DNA of 64,000 nucleotides. It comes from Gemmatimonadota bacterium. GTDB lineage: Bacteria > JBHIER01 > G020348925. Shown one piece after another: positions 39,626 through 49,179 of the stretch. Where the stretch lies: positions 1,506,469-1,570,468 of the forward strand of contig CP070758.1 of NCBI GenBank assembly GCA_020348925.1. Reading direction: 5' to 3'. Under the pieces are notes generated by a model that did not search any database, was not told the origin of the DNA, and saw nothing but the letters and a program-made list of their open reading frames with translations. Within the stretch, counting starts at the first letter, position 1, and each line of letters starts with the position of its first letter. The translations under genes were made by a program, and so were the position numbers.

Positions 39626-41077
39626 ATGAGCACTCGTGAAAAAAATAAGGGGCCAACGGTAAAAGACATCGAGACTCCCGTCGATCCAACGGTGGTGACC
39701 CGGGCCCTCGTCATCGGTGGCGGTATTGCCGGAATTCAGGCCGCCCTCGATATTGCCAACAGCGGCTACGAGGTCATTCTGGTGGAGAGAGAACCCTCCA
39801 TCGGGGGACACATGATCCAGCTCTCCGAGACCTTTCCCACCCTCGATTGTTCCCAGTGCATTCTCACTCCCAAAATGGTGGAAACAGGCCAGCATTCGAA
39901 CATCCATCTCATGACCTATTCCGAGATCGAGGAAGTGCATGGTGAGGTCGGCCACTTCAAGGTCAAGATTCGGAGAAAGGCCGCCTATATCGATTGGGAC
40001 AAATGTACCGGTTGTGGCGTATGCAGCGAGAAGTGTCCGAAGAAAGTTCCGGCGGAATTTGAGCGTTTCGTCGGCGTTCGGAAAGCGATCTATACGCCGT
40101 TTCCTCAGGCGGTCCCGAATAAGCCGGTCATCGATCATGCCAATTGCATCTTTTTCCAGAAGGGAAAGTGCAAAACGTGCGAGAAGTTTTGCGATGCGGG
40201 TGCCCTGTGTTGGGAACAGGAGGATACCATCATCGAGGAGGAAGTGGGGGCCATCGTCGTCGCCACTGGCTTTGATCTCTACCCTATGGTCAATCTGGGT
40301 GAATACGGAGGAGGACAGATCAAGGATGTGATCGATGGCCTTGCCTTCGAGCGACTGCTTTCGGCCTCCGGTCCGACCAGTGGCGTGGTGAAGCGTCCTT
40401 CCGACGGAATGGAGCCGAAAGAGGTCGTATTTATCCAGTGTTCCGGTTCGAGAGATCCTGAGAAAAACTTGCCCTATTGCTCCAAAATATGCTGCATGTA
40501 TACGACGAAACATGCCATGCTGTACAAACACCGTGTCCATGACGGGCAACCGTATGTTTTTTACATCGACGTGCGGACGGCCGGGAAGGGGTACGAGGAA
40601 TTCTACCAGAGAGCCGTCGATGAGGAGGATGTCATCTTTTTCAGGGGAAAGGTTTCTCGCCTGTTTGAAGAGGATGGCAAGGTGATGGTCTGGGGGGCCG
40701 ATACGTTGACGGGCAAGAAGATCGAAATTGCTGCCGACCTTGTTGTCCTGGCCATGGCCATGGTCCCCAGTGAGGGAACGGTCGAATTGTTCGAGAAATT
40801 GAACATCCCAGGTGATGCCGAAGGGTTCTTTTCCGAAGCCCACACCAAAATGCGACCTTTTGAAAGCTCTGTTCCCGGCTATTTCCTGGCCGGCTGCGGT
40901 CAGGGGCCAAAGGATATTCCCGAGGCCGTCGCTCAGGCCAGTGGTGCAGCCAGCAAGGTGATTATACTCTTTGCAAGGGCACAGGGAAATCCAAAATCCA
41001 AAACCCAAAAATCAGAAGCAGAAATCCAAAATCGAGACTCAGACGTTGACGATAGTAGAGATAATTCATTGGGATAA
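39626..41077 (+). CDS. hdrA: Short HdrA-like subunit without the N-terminal domain or C-terminal ferredoxin
   Basis: Starts near RALVIGGGIAG; ETFPTLDCSQC; YCSKICC; ends after AQASGAASKV in a repeat-derived tail. Confidence 0.85.
   Translation: MSTREKNKGPTVKDIETPVDPTVVTRALVIGGGIAGIQAALDIANSGYEVILVEREPSIGGHMIQLSETFPTLDCSQCILTPKMVETGQHSNIHLMTYSEIEEVHGEVGHFKVKIRRKAAYIDWDKCTGCGVCSEKCPKKVPAEFERFVGVRKAIYTPFPQAVPNKPVIDHANCIFFQKGKCKTCEKFCDAGALCWEQEDTIIEEEVGAIVVATGFDLYPMVNLGEYGGGQIKDVIDGLAFERLLSASGPTSGVVKRPSDGMEPKEVVFIQCSGSRDPEKNLPYCSKICCMYTTKHAMLYKHRVHDGQPYVFYIDVRTAGKGYEEFYQRAVDEEDVIFFRGKVSRLFEEDGKVMVWGADTLTGKKIEIAADLVVLAMAMVPSEGTVELFEKLNIPGDAEGFFSEAHTKMRPFESSVPGYFLAGCGQGPKDIPEAVAQASGAASKVIILFARAQGNPKSKTQKSEAEIQNRDSDVDDSRDNSLG
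40987..41035. repeat. Heptamer tandem repeat inside the 3' end of the short hdrA
   Basis: aaatccaaaatccaaaacccaaaaatcagaagcagaaatccaaaatcg. Confidence 0.65.
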
Positions 41078-41093
41078 AACGAGGTGATGTGAC

Positions 41094-41864
41094 ATGGCAG
41101 AGGCAAAGGCGAAAGAAGCGAAGACACAAACCGAAGTTTCCGGAGGGGCGCAGCTCGTTTCCATCTACATCATGGGGGAGCGGTACATGGTGCCGGACAG
41201 CTTGACGATCCAGAAGGCTTTGGAATTTGCGGGGTATCAGTTGGTGCGGGGGTGTGGGTGTCGGGGCGGTATTTGTGGAGCCTGCGGAACGGTCTACCGG
41301 ATGCCCGGATCCTATCGTATAGAGGTGGGATTGGCCTGCCAGACTGTGGTAAAAGCAGACATGCACCTGACCCAGATCCCTTTCTTCCCGGCCAACAAGG
41401 CCACGTACAATATCGATGAGCTGAAGCCGGAGGGTTCGTATGTGGCCAGTCACTATCCGGAGCTCTTCAAGTGCGTCGGCTGCAATACGTGTACCCGGAG
41501 TTGCCCCATGGACATCGAAGTCATGGAGTACATTTCCCAGGCGATTCGGGGTAACATCGCCAGAGTGGCCGAACTCTCCTTCGATTGCGTCATGTGCGGA
41601 CTGTGCACGGCCCGGTGTCCTGCTGAGGAAGTTCAGTACAACGTGGCCATCCTCTGCCGGCGGCTTTATGGCAAGCATGTTGCGCCGAAAGCCGAACACC
41701 TTGCTCTGGCCGTGAAGAATGTTGAAGAGGGGAAATATGATGAGGGACTTAAAGAATTGATGTCGGCCAGTGAGGAGGAGCTGAAAAAACTTTACGTGGC
41801 GCGCGAAGCGGAGCCTGAGATGGCCGACGAATTCTGGGAACCAGAGAAGAAAGAGTATTTGTAG
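41094..41864 (+). CDS. Fumarate reductase/succinate dehydrogenase-like Fe-S subunit ([2Fe-2S] plus 2x[4Fe-4S])
   Basis: CRGGICGAC...LACQT; CVGCNTCTRSCP; CVMCGLCTARCP. Confidence 0.85.
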   Translation: MAEAKAKEAKTQTEVSGGAQLVSIYIMGERYMVPDSLTIQKALEFAGYQLVRGCGCRGGICGACGTVYRMPGSYRIEVGLACQTVVKADMHLTQIPFFPANKATYNIDELKPEGSYVASHYPELFKCVGCNTCTRSCPMDIEVMEYISQAIRGNIARVAELSFDCVMCGLCTARCPAEEVQYNVAILCRRLYGKHVAPKAEHLALAVKNVEEGKYDEGLKELMSASEEELKKLYVAREAEPEMADEFWEPEKKEYL

Positions 41865-41906
41865 TCTGAGGAGTGCGAGAATTATATGTTATTGTATCAC
41901 AATCAG

Positions 41907-41980
41907 GAGATTCCCGCATTCGCGGGAATGACATAGAGGAACAGTGCAATGACTGTCATGCCTGTAAATACAGGCATCTC
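41907..41980. repeat. Inverted pair of REP-like palindromes
   Basis: gagattcccgcattcgcgggaatgac and an inverted, degenerate copy gtcatgcctgtaaatacaggcatctc. Confidence 0.65.
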
Positions 41981-42053
41981 CACAATTCTGAAATGAAATC
42001 AATCGCAAATTTTGAGATAATTTTTTGAATAATACAAATAAGGAGTATTGGTC

Positions 42054-43540
42054 ATGCCGTACACGCCTGAGTTGAGAGAATTAATCAAGGTTGTTGAAAA
42101 GACGAGGCCGGCCCGTATTGAGCGGAAACGGAAGGGGCAGGAGTTTCCTGAATTATCTTTGGCCGAGCGGCAGGAACGGCTCAAGAAGTACCACCCTGAC
42201 TTCATCGATGGAACCCGCCGCGAAATAAAGGCCGGACCGAACAAGGGGTATGCCATCGCCCATGAGTATGTGAACATACTGGAGGCATACAGCCGGGTCA
42301 ATCCTGATGTCATCGATCTCACTCAGGCGGACCATGAGACCGATGTGCTCGTCATCGGTGGAGGTGGTGCCGGGACAGCCGCCGCCCTTTTAGCCCAGGA
42401 AAACGGTTGTAAAGTAATTATAGCAACGAAACTTCGCCACGGCGACGCCAATACCATGATGGCCGAGGGGGGTATCCAGGCGGTCACGAAAACGGAGAAG
42501 GATTCACCCTATTATCATTATCTGGATGTGCTCGGTGGTGGTCACTTCGTCAACGATCCGGAACTGGTGAAGACGTTAGTGACTGAGGCTCCCAAGGTGA
42601 TGGGGTGGCTGGAGGATTTGGGGGCCATGTTTACCAAGTTCGAGGACGGTCGGATGAAGGCATTGCACGGCGGTGGCACCAGCCGGAAACGTATGCACTA
42701 CGCCGGTGATATCACCGGTGCCGAAATTATGCGAACCATCCGGGATGAGGCCAGGAACCGATCTGACAACATCAAAGTACTCGAATTTTCTCCTGCCGTT
42801 GAACTTGTACTCAATGACAAGGGTCAGTGTGCCGGGGCTGTTCTCTATAACATAGAGACCGAGGAGTACTTCTTTGTCAAGGCCAAAGCGACCATACTGG
42901 CCACAGGGGGATCGGGTCGACTGCACATACAGGATTTCATGACGACGAATCATTACGGTGCCACGGGCGATGGGCTCATTCTCGGGTACCGCGCCGGCGT
43001 GAAGATCAATTTTCTTCATACCGTGCAGTATCATCCCACAGGTGCTGTCTTTCCCGAGCAGGCTGAGGGACTGCTCATCACGGAAAAATTTCGAGGGGCC
43101 GGTGCCAATCTCGTCAACATTGAGGGTGAGCAGTTTGTGTATGAGCGCGAGCCGAGAGATGTTGAGGCGGCTTCTATTATCCGGGAGTGTTCCCAGGACG
43201 TCGGCAAGGGCGTGCCGACACCGACCGGGAAGCAGGGTGTCTGGCTCGATTCGCCCATGATTGACATGCTCGAAGGGGAGGGGACGGTGAGGCAGGAGTT
43301 TCCGGGCAAGTGGAAGATCTTCAACCGCTACGAGATCGACATCACAAAGGAGCCGATGCTTATTTTCCCGACGCTGCACTATCAGAACGGCGGCTTGGAG
43401 ATCAACTCGAAGTGTGAGACGAGTGTTCCAGGCCTCTATGCTGCCGGTGAGGTGGCCGGTGGCATACACGGTGAGAACCGGCTCATGGGCAATTCGCTGC
43501 TCGATGTGACCGTCTTCGGTCGGATTGCCGGTGTCAGTGC
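42054..43540 (+). CDS. Fumarate reductase/succinate dehydrogenase-family flavoprotein (TfrA-like); 3' end in the gap
   Basis: IGGGGAG, NTMMAEGG, LATGGSG, QYHPTG, ITEKFRG, EPRD, LHYQNGG, HGENRLMGNSL. Confidence 0.9.
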
Positions 43541-43640
43541 NNNNNNNNNNNNNNNNNNNNNNNNNNNNNNNNNNNNNNNNNNNNNNNNNNNNNNNNNNNN
43601 NNNNNNNNNNNNNNNNNNNNNNNNNNNNNNNNNNNNNNNN
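43541..43640. other. Assembly gap (100 N)
   Basis: Run of n. Confidence 1.
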
Positions 43641-43777
43641 AAATTTCTCATGACACATGAAATTACAGAAGGACGGATTCCGTTTCCTGAACCTCTGTTG
43701 GAGTTATCCCCTTAGAGGTTCATTACCGATAAACTGCCTAATTAAGCCGGTGAACGGATACCTCCTGCGTACTCTCC

Positions 43778-43880
43778 TGTCATTTCGACAAAATGGAGGA
43801 ATCCAGGGAAGGTATCACAGACAGATTTTTCGACACACCCCGTGGAATACATCATTCAACGGGGCAAGCTCGAAATGACA
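43778..43880. repeat. About 100-bp element bounded by 11-bp perfect inverted repeats (MITE/REP-like)
   Basis: TGTCATTTCGA ... TCGAAATGACA. Confidence 0.55.
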
Positions 43881-43939
43881 AAAGGATTCAGCTCGGGAGA
43901 AAGTTGTATTCACTTCCCCCCACTGCCCAAAAGATTTAA

Positions 43940-43969
43940 CCGCAAGTTTTTCCCGCTTTTCTCGTTTAT
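43940..43969 (+). promoter_or_regulatory. Candidate ECF promoter, copy 1
   Basis: CCGCAAG-N17-GTTTAT, 9 nt before the sigma ATG. Confidence 0.6.
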
Positions 43970-43978
43970 ATTCATAGC

Positions 43979-44572
43979 ATGAGTGAACATCAGATCACAT
44001 CAGACTGGGAGTTGATGCGACTCACGTCGGAGGGCGATAGGGCTGCCTTCAAACGGCTCGTGGAGAAATATCACAAGGCGGTGCTGAACCTTGCCTACCG
44101 TTTTCTCGGTAACCGTGAGGAAGCCGAGGATGCTGCCCAGGAGGTCTTTCTCCGGGTCTATAACTCTGCCAAAAGATACGAGCCCCAAGCCCAGTTTACG
44201 ACGTGGCTCTTTCGCATCGCCACAAATTTCTGTCTGAACAAACTGAGACACCGCCAGCGTCTTCAGGAAGTTCCTCTTGAATCATCCTCGAATAGGACAG
44301 AACAGGTTTCTGACTTAAATCTTCCTGCCCCTGAGCAAACACGACCGGATGACCATTTGGAGCAGAAAGAGAGAAATCGAATCATCGCTGAGAGCATCGC
44401 TTCTCTCCCTCCCAACCAGAGAATGGCCGTCATCCTCAAACGGTTTGAAGGTTTGTCCTATCAGGAGATAGCCAAGGTACTCAACGTTTCCGTCTCAGCC
44501 GTGGAATCGCTGCTCTTTCGGGCGAAACAGACGCTGAAGAAAAAACTGGAGCCGTATGTTCAAAATGTATAA
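43979..44572 (+). CDS. ECF RNA polymerase sigma-70 factor
   Basis: AEDAAQEVFL, FTTWLFRIATN, LPPNQRMAVIL, LSYQEIA. Confidence 0.95.
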   Translation: MSEHQITSDWELMRLTSEGDRAAFKRLVEKYHKAVLNLAYRFLGNREEAEDAAQEVFLRVYNSAKRYEPQAQFTTWLFRIATNFCLNKLRHRQRLQEVPLESSSNRTEQVSDLNLPAPEQTRPDDHLEQKERNRIIAESIASLPPNQRMAVILKRFEGLSYQEIAKVLNVSVSAVESLLFRAKQTLKKKLEPYVQNV

Positions 44573-44619
44573 CTCATTTAAAAAATGATAGTAGGTATAA
44601 CAAATGTTTTCAATATACA

Positions 44620-44649
44620 CCGCAAGATTTCAGAAGAAATGGTGTTTAT
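44620..44649 (+). promoter_or_regulatory. Candidate ECF promoter, copy 2
   Basis: CCGCAAG-N17-GTTTAT with identical spacing, upstream of the anti-sigma gene. Confidence 0.6.
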
Positions 44650-44675
44650 TACAATAGAAAAGGAGTGAATCGACT

Positions 44676-45149
44676 ATGAAGTGTGAAGAGATACAGAGAA
44701 AGTTGTCGGCTTTTATTGACAAAGAACTGAAGCAAAAGGATGCCAAACTCATCAGAGAGCATCTCAATAAATGCACAGGGTGCGCCGAAGAGCTTCGGGC
44801 CATCAGCTCCGCGTGGGATTTTGTGGAGACGGCCGAAGGGATCGAACCTTCACCGTACTTCTGGACGAAGCTTTCCGCGAGGATCGATGAACAGACGACA
44901 CAAAGAGCAGAAAGGTGGAGCTTTGTGAAGAGGCTGTTCCCCAAACCCATTCCGATTTTTGCAGCCGCAGCTCTTGTTCTGGGTGTGCTCCTGGGAAATT
45001 TTGTCGGCCGGATGCTGTATCCAAACGGGTCTTATATGAACACGAACGGAACGGCAGAAGCCCTTGCTTTAAACACCTTTGATGATTTGCCCTCCGGCTC
45101 CCTCGGGGAAGCCTATTACTCACTCCTGACCGAAGGAGGCGAGCAATGA
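44676..45149 (+). CDS. Zinc-binding (zf-HC2/ZAS) membrane anti-sigma factor
   Basis: MKCEEIQRKLSAFID...HLNKCTGC, one TM helix. Confidence 0.9.
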   Translation: MKCEEIQRKLSAFIDKELKQKDAKLIREHLNKCTGCAEELRAISSAWDFVETAEGIEPSPYFWTKLSARIDEQTTQRAERWSFVKRLFPKPIPIFAAAALVLGVLLGNFVGRMLYPNGSYMNTNGTAEALALNTFDDLPSGSLGEAYYSLLTEGGEQ

Positions 45150-45700
45150 GAAATAGATGGCTCATTGTAGTACTTATTTTTTCAGTAGCTGTGAACGTCG
45201 CGGCTTTAGTCACTATAGGCATCCAATGGTCGAGACATTTTACCAGACATCATCCACTGCTGTCGGAACCGCCCTTTTCAGAACGACACCGGGAGTTACT
45301 CAGGCGAAAGCTAAATCTGACTGAGGTCCAATATCAACAGGTGAAAGAGGCCCACGACAAATTCAATGTAGAGATGGAGACGATGCACAGTTCATTGAGA
45401 GCTAAGCGCAAAGCACTTTTTCACCAATTACGAGCGCCTGATCCTGATCGTGCACAGATCGATACCCTTCTGGTGGAGATAGCGACACTGCAAGCTGATA
45501 TCGAACGCAAGGTTGTAGACAACCTTCTGAGCATGAAGAATGTCCTCACGCCTGAGCAGCGGGAGAGATTCCTCTCCCTCATCGATCGCCGATTCAGCGA
45601 ACATCGAAGGCATTTCGGACCCGGACAGCGGGAAAGACGCGGGCCTTCTCGTTCGAAAAAAGAGATATTTCCACCTGAAGACAATTCGCAGGAAAGATGA
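45146..45700 (+). CDS. Periplasmic heavy-metal sensor / Spy-CpxP family protein
   Basis: SVAVNVA TM segment, LNLTEVQ, VLTPEQRE. Confidence 0.85.
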   Translation: MRNRWLIVVLIFSVAVNVAALVTIGIQWSRHFTRHHPLLSEPPFSERHRELLRRKLNLTEVQYQQVKEAHDKFNVEMETMHSSLRAKRKALFHQLRAPDPDRAQIDTLLVEIATLQADIERKVVDNLLSMKNVLTPEQRERFLSLIDRRFSEHRRHFGPGQRERRGPSRSKKEIFPPEDNSQER

Positions 45701-45755
45701 AAACAACTACACGTGTAGCATAAAAAAATATTGAAACCTTAACTATAAGAAGGAG

Positions 45756-46298
45756 GTGAAAACAATGGTAACGAAGTGGTTTTTTTACACGGTAACCGTT
45801 ATGCTCATCCTCGGAGTAACTCAGCTTGGCTTGGCCCAACCCGAATGCAAAACCGATCCTGGTTTCGGCGACGGTCCAGGTTTTGGCCACAGACGCGGAC
45901 TTTGCCAGGACCGGGAATTCGGGCGCGGTGACGGCCCCAATATCCTGACAAAAGCCGAAGCTCTTGAGTTAACATCTGAGCAGATCAAAAAGATCAAAGC
46001 CATGCGTCTCGATATGGCCAAGGAGAAAATACGGCTTCGAAGCGAGCTCGATCTCAAGGAACTGGAGCTGAGAGAGTTGATGTCCGCCGACGAGCCCGAT
46101 ATCAGACGGATCGAAGCCAAGATCGACGAGATGGCACCGCTGCGCACTGAACTTCAGAAGAAACGCATCGGACATCGGCTGGCTGTGAGAGACGTCCTGA
46201 CACTGGAACAGAGGGAAAAACTTGAACTGATGCGCGGACCCGGTATGCGCCATCACAGCGGGTCCAGGGACGGACATCGAGGTTCGCTTCGATGGTAG
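45756..46298 (+). CDS. Spy/CpxP family periplasmic chaperone
   Basis: Signal peptide, LELTSEQ, VLTLEQRE. Confidence 0.85.
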   Translation: MKTMVTKWFFYTVTVMLILGVTQLGLAQPECKTDPGFGDGPGFGHRRGLCQDREFGRGDGPNILTKAEALELTSEQIKKIKAMRLDMAKEKIRLRSELDLKELELRELMSADEPDIRRIEAKIDEMAPLRTELQKKRIGHRLAVRDVLTLEQREKLELMRGPGMRHHSGSRDGHRGSLRW

Positions 46299-46316
46299 AT
46301 ATTTCTAAACTATTCT

Positions 46317-46338
46317 GGGGCGGGAATACTCCCGCCCC
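46317..46338 (+). terminator. GC-rich hairpin after the Spy gene
   Basis: ggggcggga-atac-tcccgcccc; no strong U tract. Confidence 0.45.
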
Positions 46339-46560
46339 TACAGCGAGCCCTATTACTACTATGCCTACTTTCTTCTCAATCCTGTGAGTATTGATATCAC
46401 ATTGGCATTCGAAACTCCACTCCTAATTCCATAATGAACAGCATGATGCTGCTGAAGTAACTTTAATTTAGAAACAGTTCATTCTTTCGAAGGTGGGGGT
46501 GAACCAAAACCGGATATTCTCCCCAGCGTGACTATGTATTCGTTATGAAGGAACCATGAA

Positions 46561-47454
46561 ATGTGGATTAATAATCTTTTATCGTCGAGTCCAAAAGTAT
46601 TTCTCCTTTTAACGATGACTCTTCCAGCTCTGATTGTGGGCTGTAAAGGCCAGCAAGAAGTGGAGATGCACTGGTCAGCACATTCGATTCAAGTGGACGG
46701 CCGGATGACGGATTGGACGGCTATCCCCACCATGTTCTTTGAGGAACGTGCTGTGCAGCTGGGTTTAGCCAACGACAGCGAAAAACTCCACATCCTGTTC
46801 CGATTCGGCAACGAGATGTGGGCGCGGTTCATCCGCATGGGCGGTCTGACATTGTGGGTGGACAATTCAGGAGAAAAGAAAAAAGCGTTCGGCCTCCGTT
46901 ACACCGGGGGACCACCTCTTCCAGAAGGACAGGGCCAAGGCATGGGAGGCGAAGGTGGCTTCCTGGACCGGTTGACCGAGGAGCAGAAAGAACGCCTCAG
47001 GCAGCGTGAGATCAAAACCGATCAAATCACAGTCGTGACGAAGGACAGCGATTCAATCGATACTCTCCCGATTGATGGCTCCAGAGGTCCGGCTGTCTCT
47101 TTTGCCGATCTCCAGGGAATTTACACCTACGAATTCAGCATTCCATTGCAGAAGAGCGATCCCACAACCTACGGCATCGATGCCCAACCGGGACAAGCCC
47201 TTGGTCTCGGACTGGAATGGGGCCTCAGTGATGAGGATCGTAAACGCATGATGGAGGAAATGCGAGGTGGAGGGATGAGAGGTGGGATGGGTGGAGGTCG
47301 GCCAGGAGGAGTCAGGGGCGGAATGGGTGGAGGTTGGGGCGGTATGGGAAACATGCCACGCCCGCAAATGCCCGGAAAGCATGAAATCTGGGTGAAAACG
47401 GTTCTTGCATCACCTTCAAACGGGCAGGGAGAACGTGATGCCAAGGATCTTTAA
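46561..47454 (+). CDS. Hypothetical lipoprotein with Gly/Met-rich C-terminal region
   Basis: Lipobox IVGC; IQVDGRMTDW; GGMRGGMGGG. Confidence 0.75.
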   Translation: MWINNLLSSSPKVFLLLTMTLPALIVGCKGQQEVEMHWSAHSIQVDGRMTDWTAIPTMFFEERAVQLGLANDSEKLHILFRFGNEMWARFIRMGGLTLWVDNSGEKKKAFGLRYTGGPPLPEGQGQGMGGEGGFLDRLTEEQKERLRQREIKTDQITVVTKDSDSIDTLPIDGSRGPAVSFADLQGIYTYEFSIPLQKSDPTTYGIDAQPGQALGLGLEWGLSDEDRKRMMEEMRGGGMRGGMGGGRPGGVRGGMGGGWGGMGNMPRPQMPGKHEIWVKTVLASPSNGQGERDAKDL

Positions 47455-48238
47455 GCTCGAAGCGCGGTGGACGGCGGGCTTTGCCATTCTGACCTTTCTT
47501 CATCTTGTCCTGACTTCCTGCGCCACCGCGCCTTCTTCCAAAACATACGTCGGTCCCACCACCGAGTCATCAACTCACGTCACAGAAGATGCATCCTTCC
47601 AAGACCTCTGGCAGAAACGAACCATACAAATAGGTCCAGCACTAAAGAAAAGAAGCCGGAGTTTTCTGAGCACTCCTTTTTCTGGATCTGGGGGACAGGG
47701 TGCCGGAGGCGGAGACAACGAATTCCCCCTGTCCGTGACCGCCACGTTGATGGACTCTTCGCTTATTGAGGCTGGCCTGCGGTATTTCGCCGACCGGATA
47801 GAAATGACCCAGGACGAGGAAGCGACCTTCCGCAGCAGGTACTTCGACCGCTACGACCCGACAAACTATCTCCTCATCTGGTGCGAGCTTCGCACCGGGT
47901 TCGCCCAGAACTATTTGAACCTCGACCGCTGGATCATCTCTATCGAAGACGACGCCGGAAACCAGTATGAACCGGCACGCATAATCGGGGAACCGCCGTC
48001 ATACCGCCATATGGTCATGGAAAAGCCGCTGGCGTTCCACCCTGAAAGGGGATACGGGGAGTGGGAAATCCACCACAAGAGGGTGATGTTATGTTTCCCG
48101 AACCGTGATTTTTACGGGAACCTCATACCGTCCAAAGGAGTTCAATCCTTAAAACTGGTTTTTCAACAAATAGATGACAGAAAGATAAGAGAGGGTGGAA
48201 TATGGGTATTCACGCATGAAACCCGTTCTGAACCATAA
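47438..48238 (+). CDS. Hypothetical lipoprotein
   Basis: Lipobox LTSC; overlaps the upstream gene's end. Confidence 0.7.
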   Translation: MPRIFKLEARWTAGFAILTFLHLVLTSCATAPSSKTYVGPTTESSTHVTEDASFQDLWQKRTIQIGPALKKRSRSFLSTPFSGSGGQGAGGGDNEFPLSVTATLMDSSLIEAGLRYFADRIEMTQDEEATFRSRYFDRYDPTNYLLIWCELRTGFAQNYLNLDRWIISIEDDAGNQYEPARIIGEPPSYRHMVMEKPLAFHPERGYGEWEIHHKRVMLCFPNRDFYGNLIPSKGVQSLKLVFQQIDDRKIREGGIWVFTHETRSEP

Positions 48239-48243
48239 CATAT

Positions 48244-49131
48244 ATGATACGAAGACATGTAACGCAAATATCGTTTGTCCTTTCCATTCTATTACATCTT
48301 CTCATACTTTTATTGTATACTCCCGTGAGCAGATTACGGTTTATTCCTTTGGAGGCTGAAAATCTGACGGAGGAACGTCAAGCTGATGAGAAACGAATCA
48401 CTTTCGAGCTGGTTGAAACGCCGGAGGAATCCCGATCGGAAAAAGCGCCTGATCACGCTGATCTCATATCCGATAAAAATTCTATTGCCCGGGATCAGAA
48501 TCAAAATGAGGACAGGCCGTCGGAAGACCCCTATTCGAAAGGTGATCTGGATGTGAAGGAGATTATCACGTCACAGCCGGAGACCCCTTCATCGTCCTCT
48601 CCCTCTTCGATCCCGGGTTCTGAAACCGAGGCGGCCCAAGCTGGGAAAAATGCAGGGAGCTCCCCCACCCCAACGGGACTTGGACAGAGCCCTCTCTCTA
48701 TCAGACAGTTTCTGGCGCGGATCACACCATCGCAAAATACGCAGCACAAGAATCAGTCGCCCGATCGACCCCTGTATGACCATGAGATATCTCAGGCTGA
48801 GGATTATGGAGGATTGACATTCAACACCTACAATTGGGACTTCGCTCCTTATCTCATCGAAATGAAACGAAAGATAGAGAACAATATGTATCCGCCTCCG
48901 GCTTTTACGCGCTTCGGTTTCATTCAAGGTGAAACGCTGATCCGCTTCAGAGTCATGCCGAGTGGAGAAGTCACGGATCTGGTTGTTTTAAATCATAATG
49001 GGCATGAATCCCTCAAAACAACCAGTCAACAGGCTATCTTACTATCGTCAGCTTTCACCCCGCTGCCGAAGGACTTTCCTGAGGACTACTTAGAAGTGAC
49101 GTGCTCTTTTAAATACGTCGTTCTGCGCTAA
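48244..49131 (+). CDS. TonB-like energy transducer
   Basis: SILLH TM motif, Pro/Ser linker, C-terminal domain YPPPA...IRFRVMPSGEV...FTPLP. Confidence 0.8.
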   Translation: MIRRHVTQISFVLSILLHLLILLLYTPVSRLRFIPLEAENLTEERQADEKRITFELVETPEESRSEKAPDHADLISDKNSIARDQNQNEDRPSEDPYSKGDLDVKEIITSQPETPSSSSPSSIPGSETEAAQAGKNAGSSPTPTGLGQSPLSIRQFLARITPSQNTQHKNQSPDRPLYDHEISQAEDYGGLTFNTYNWDFAPYLIEMKRKIENNMYPPPAFTRFGFIQGETLIRFRVMPSGEVTDLVVLNHNGHESLKTTSQQAILLSSAFTPLPKDFPEDYLEVTCSFKYVVLR

Positions 49132-49179
49132 AAGCCACCGTCTCTGATTGGCAAAACTCATTACGAAAGGAGAAGACAT

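Noticed and set aside
43641-43715. C-terminus KFLMTHEITEG... assigned to the flavoprotein by the ORF track
   Set aside because: It lies across a gap of unknown true size; there is no evidence it belongs to the same gene.
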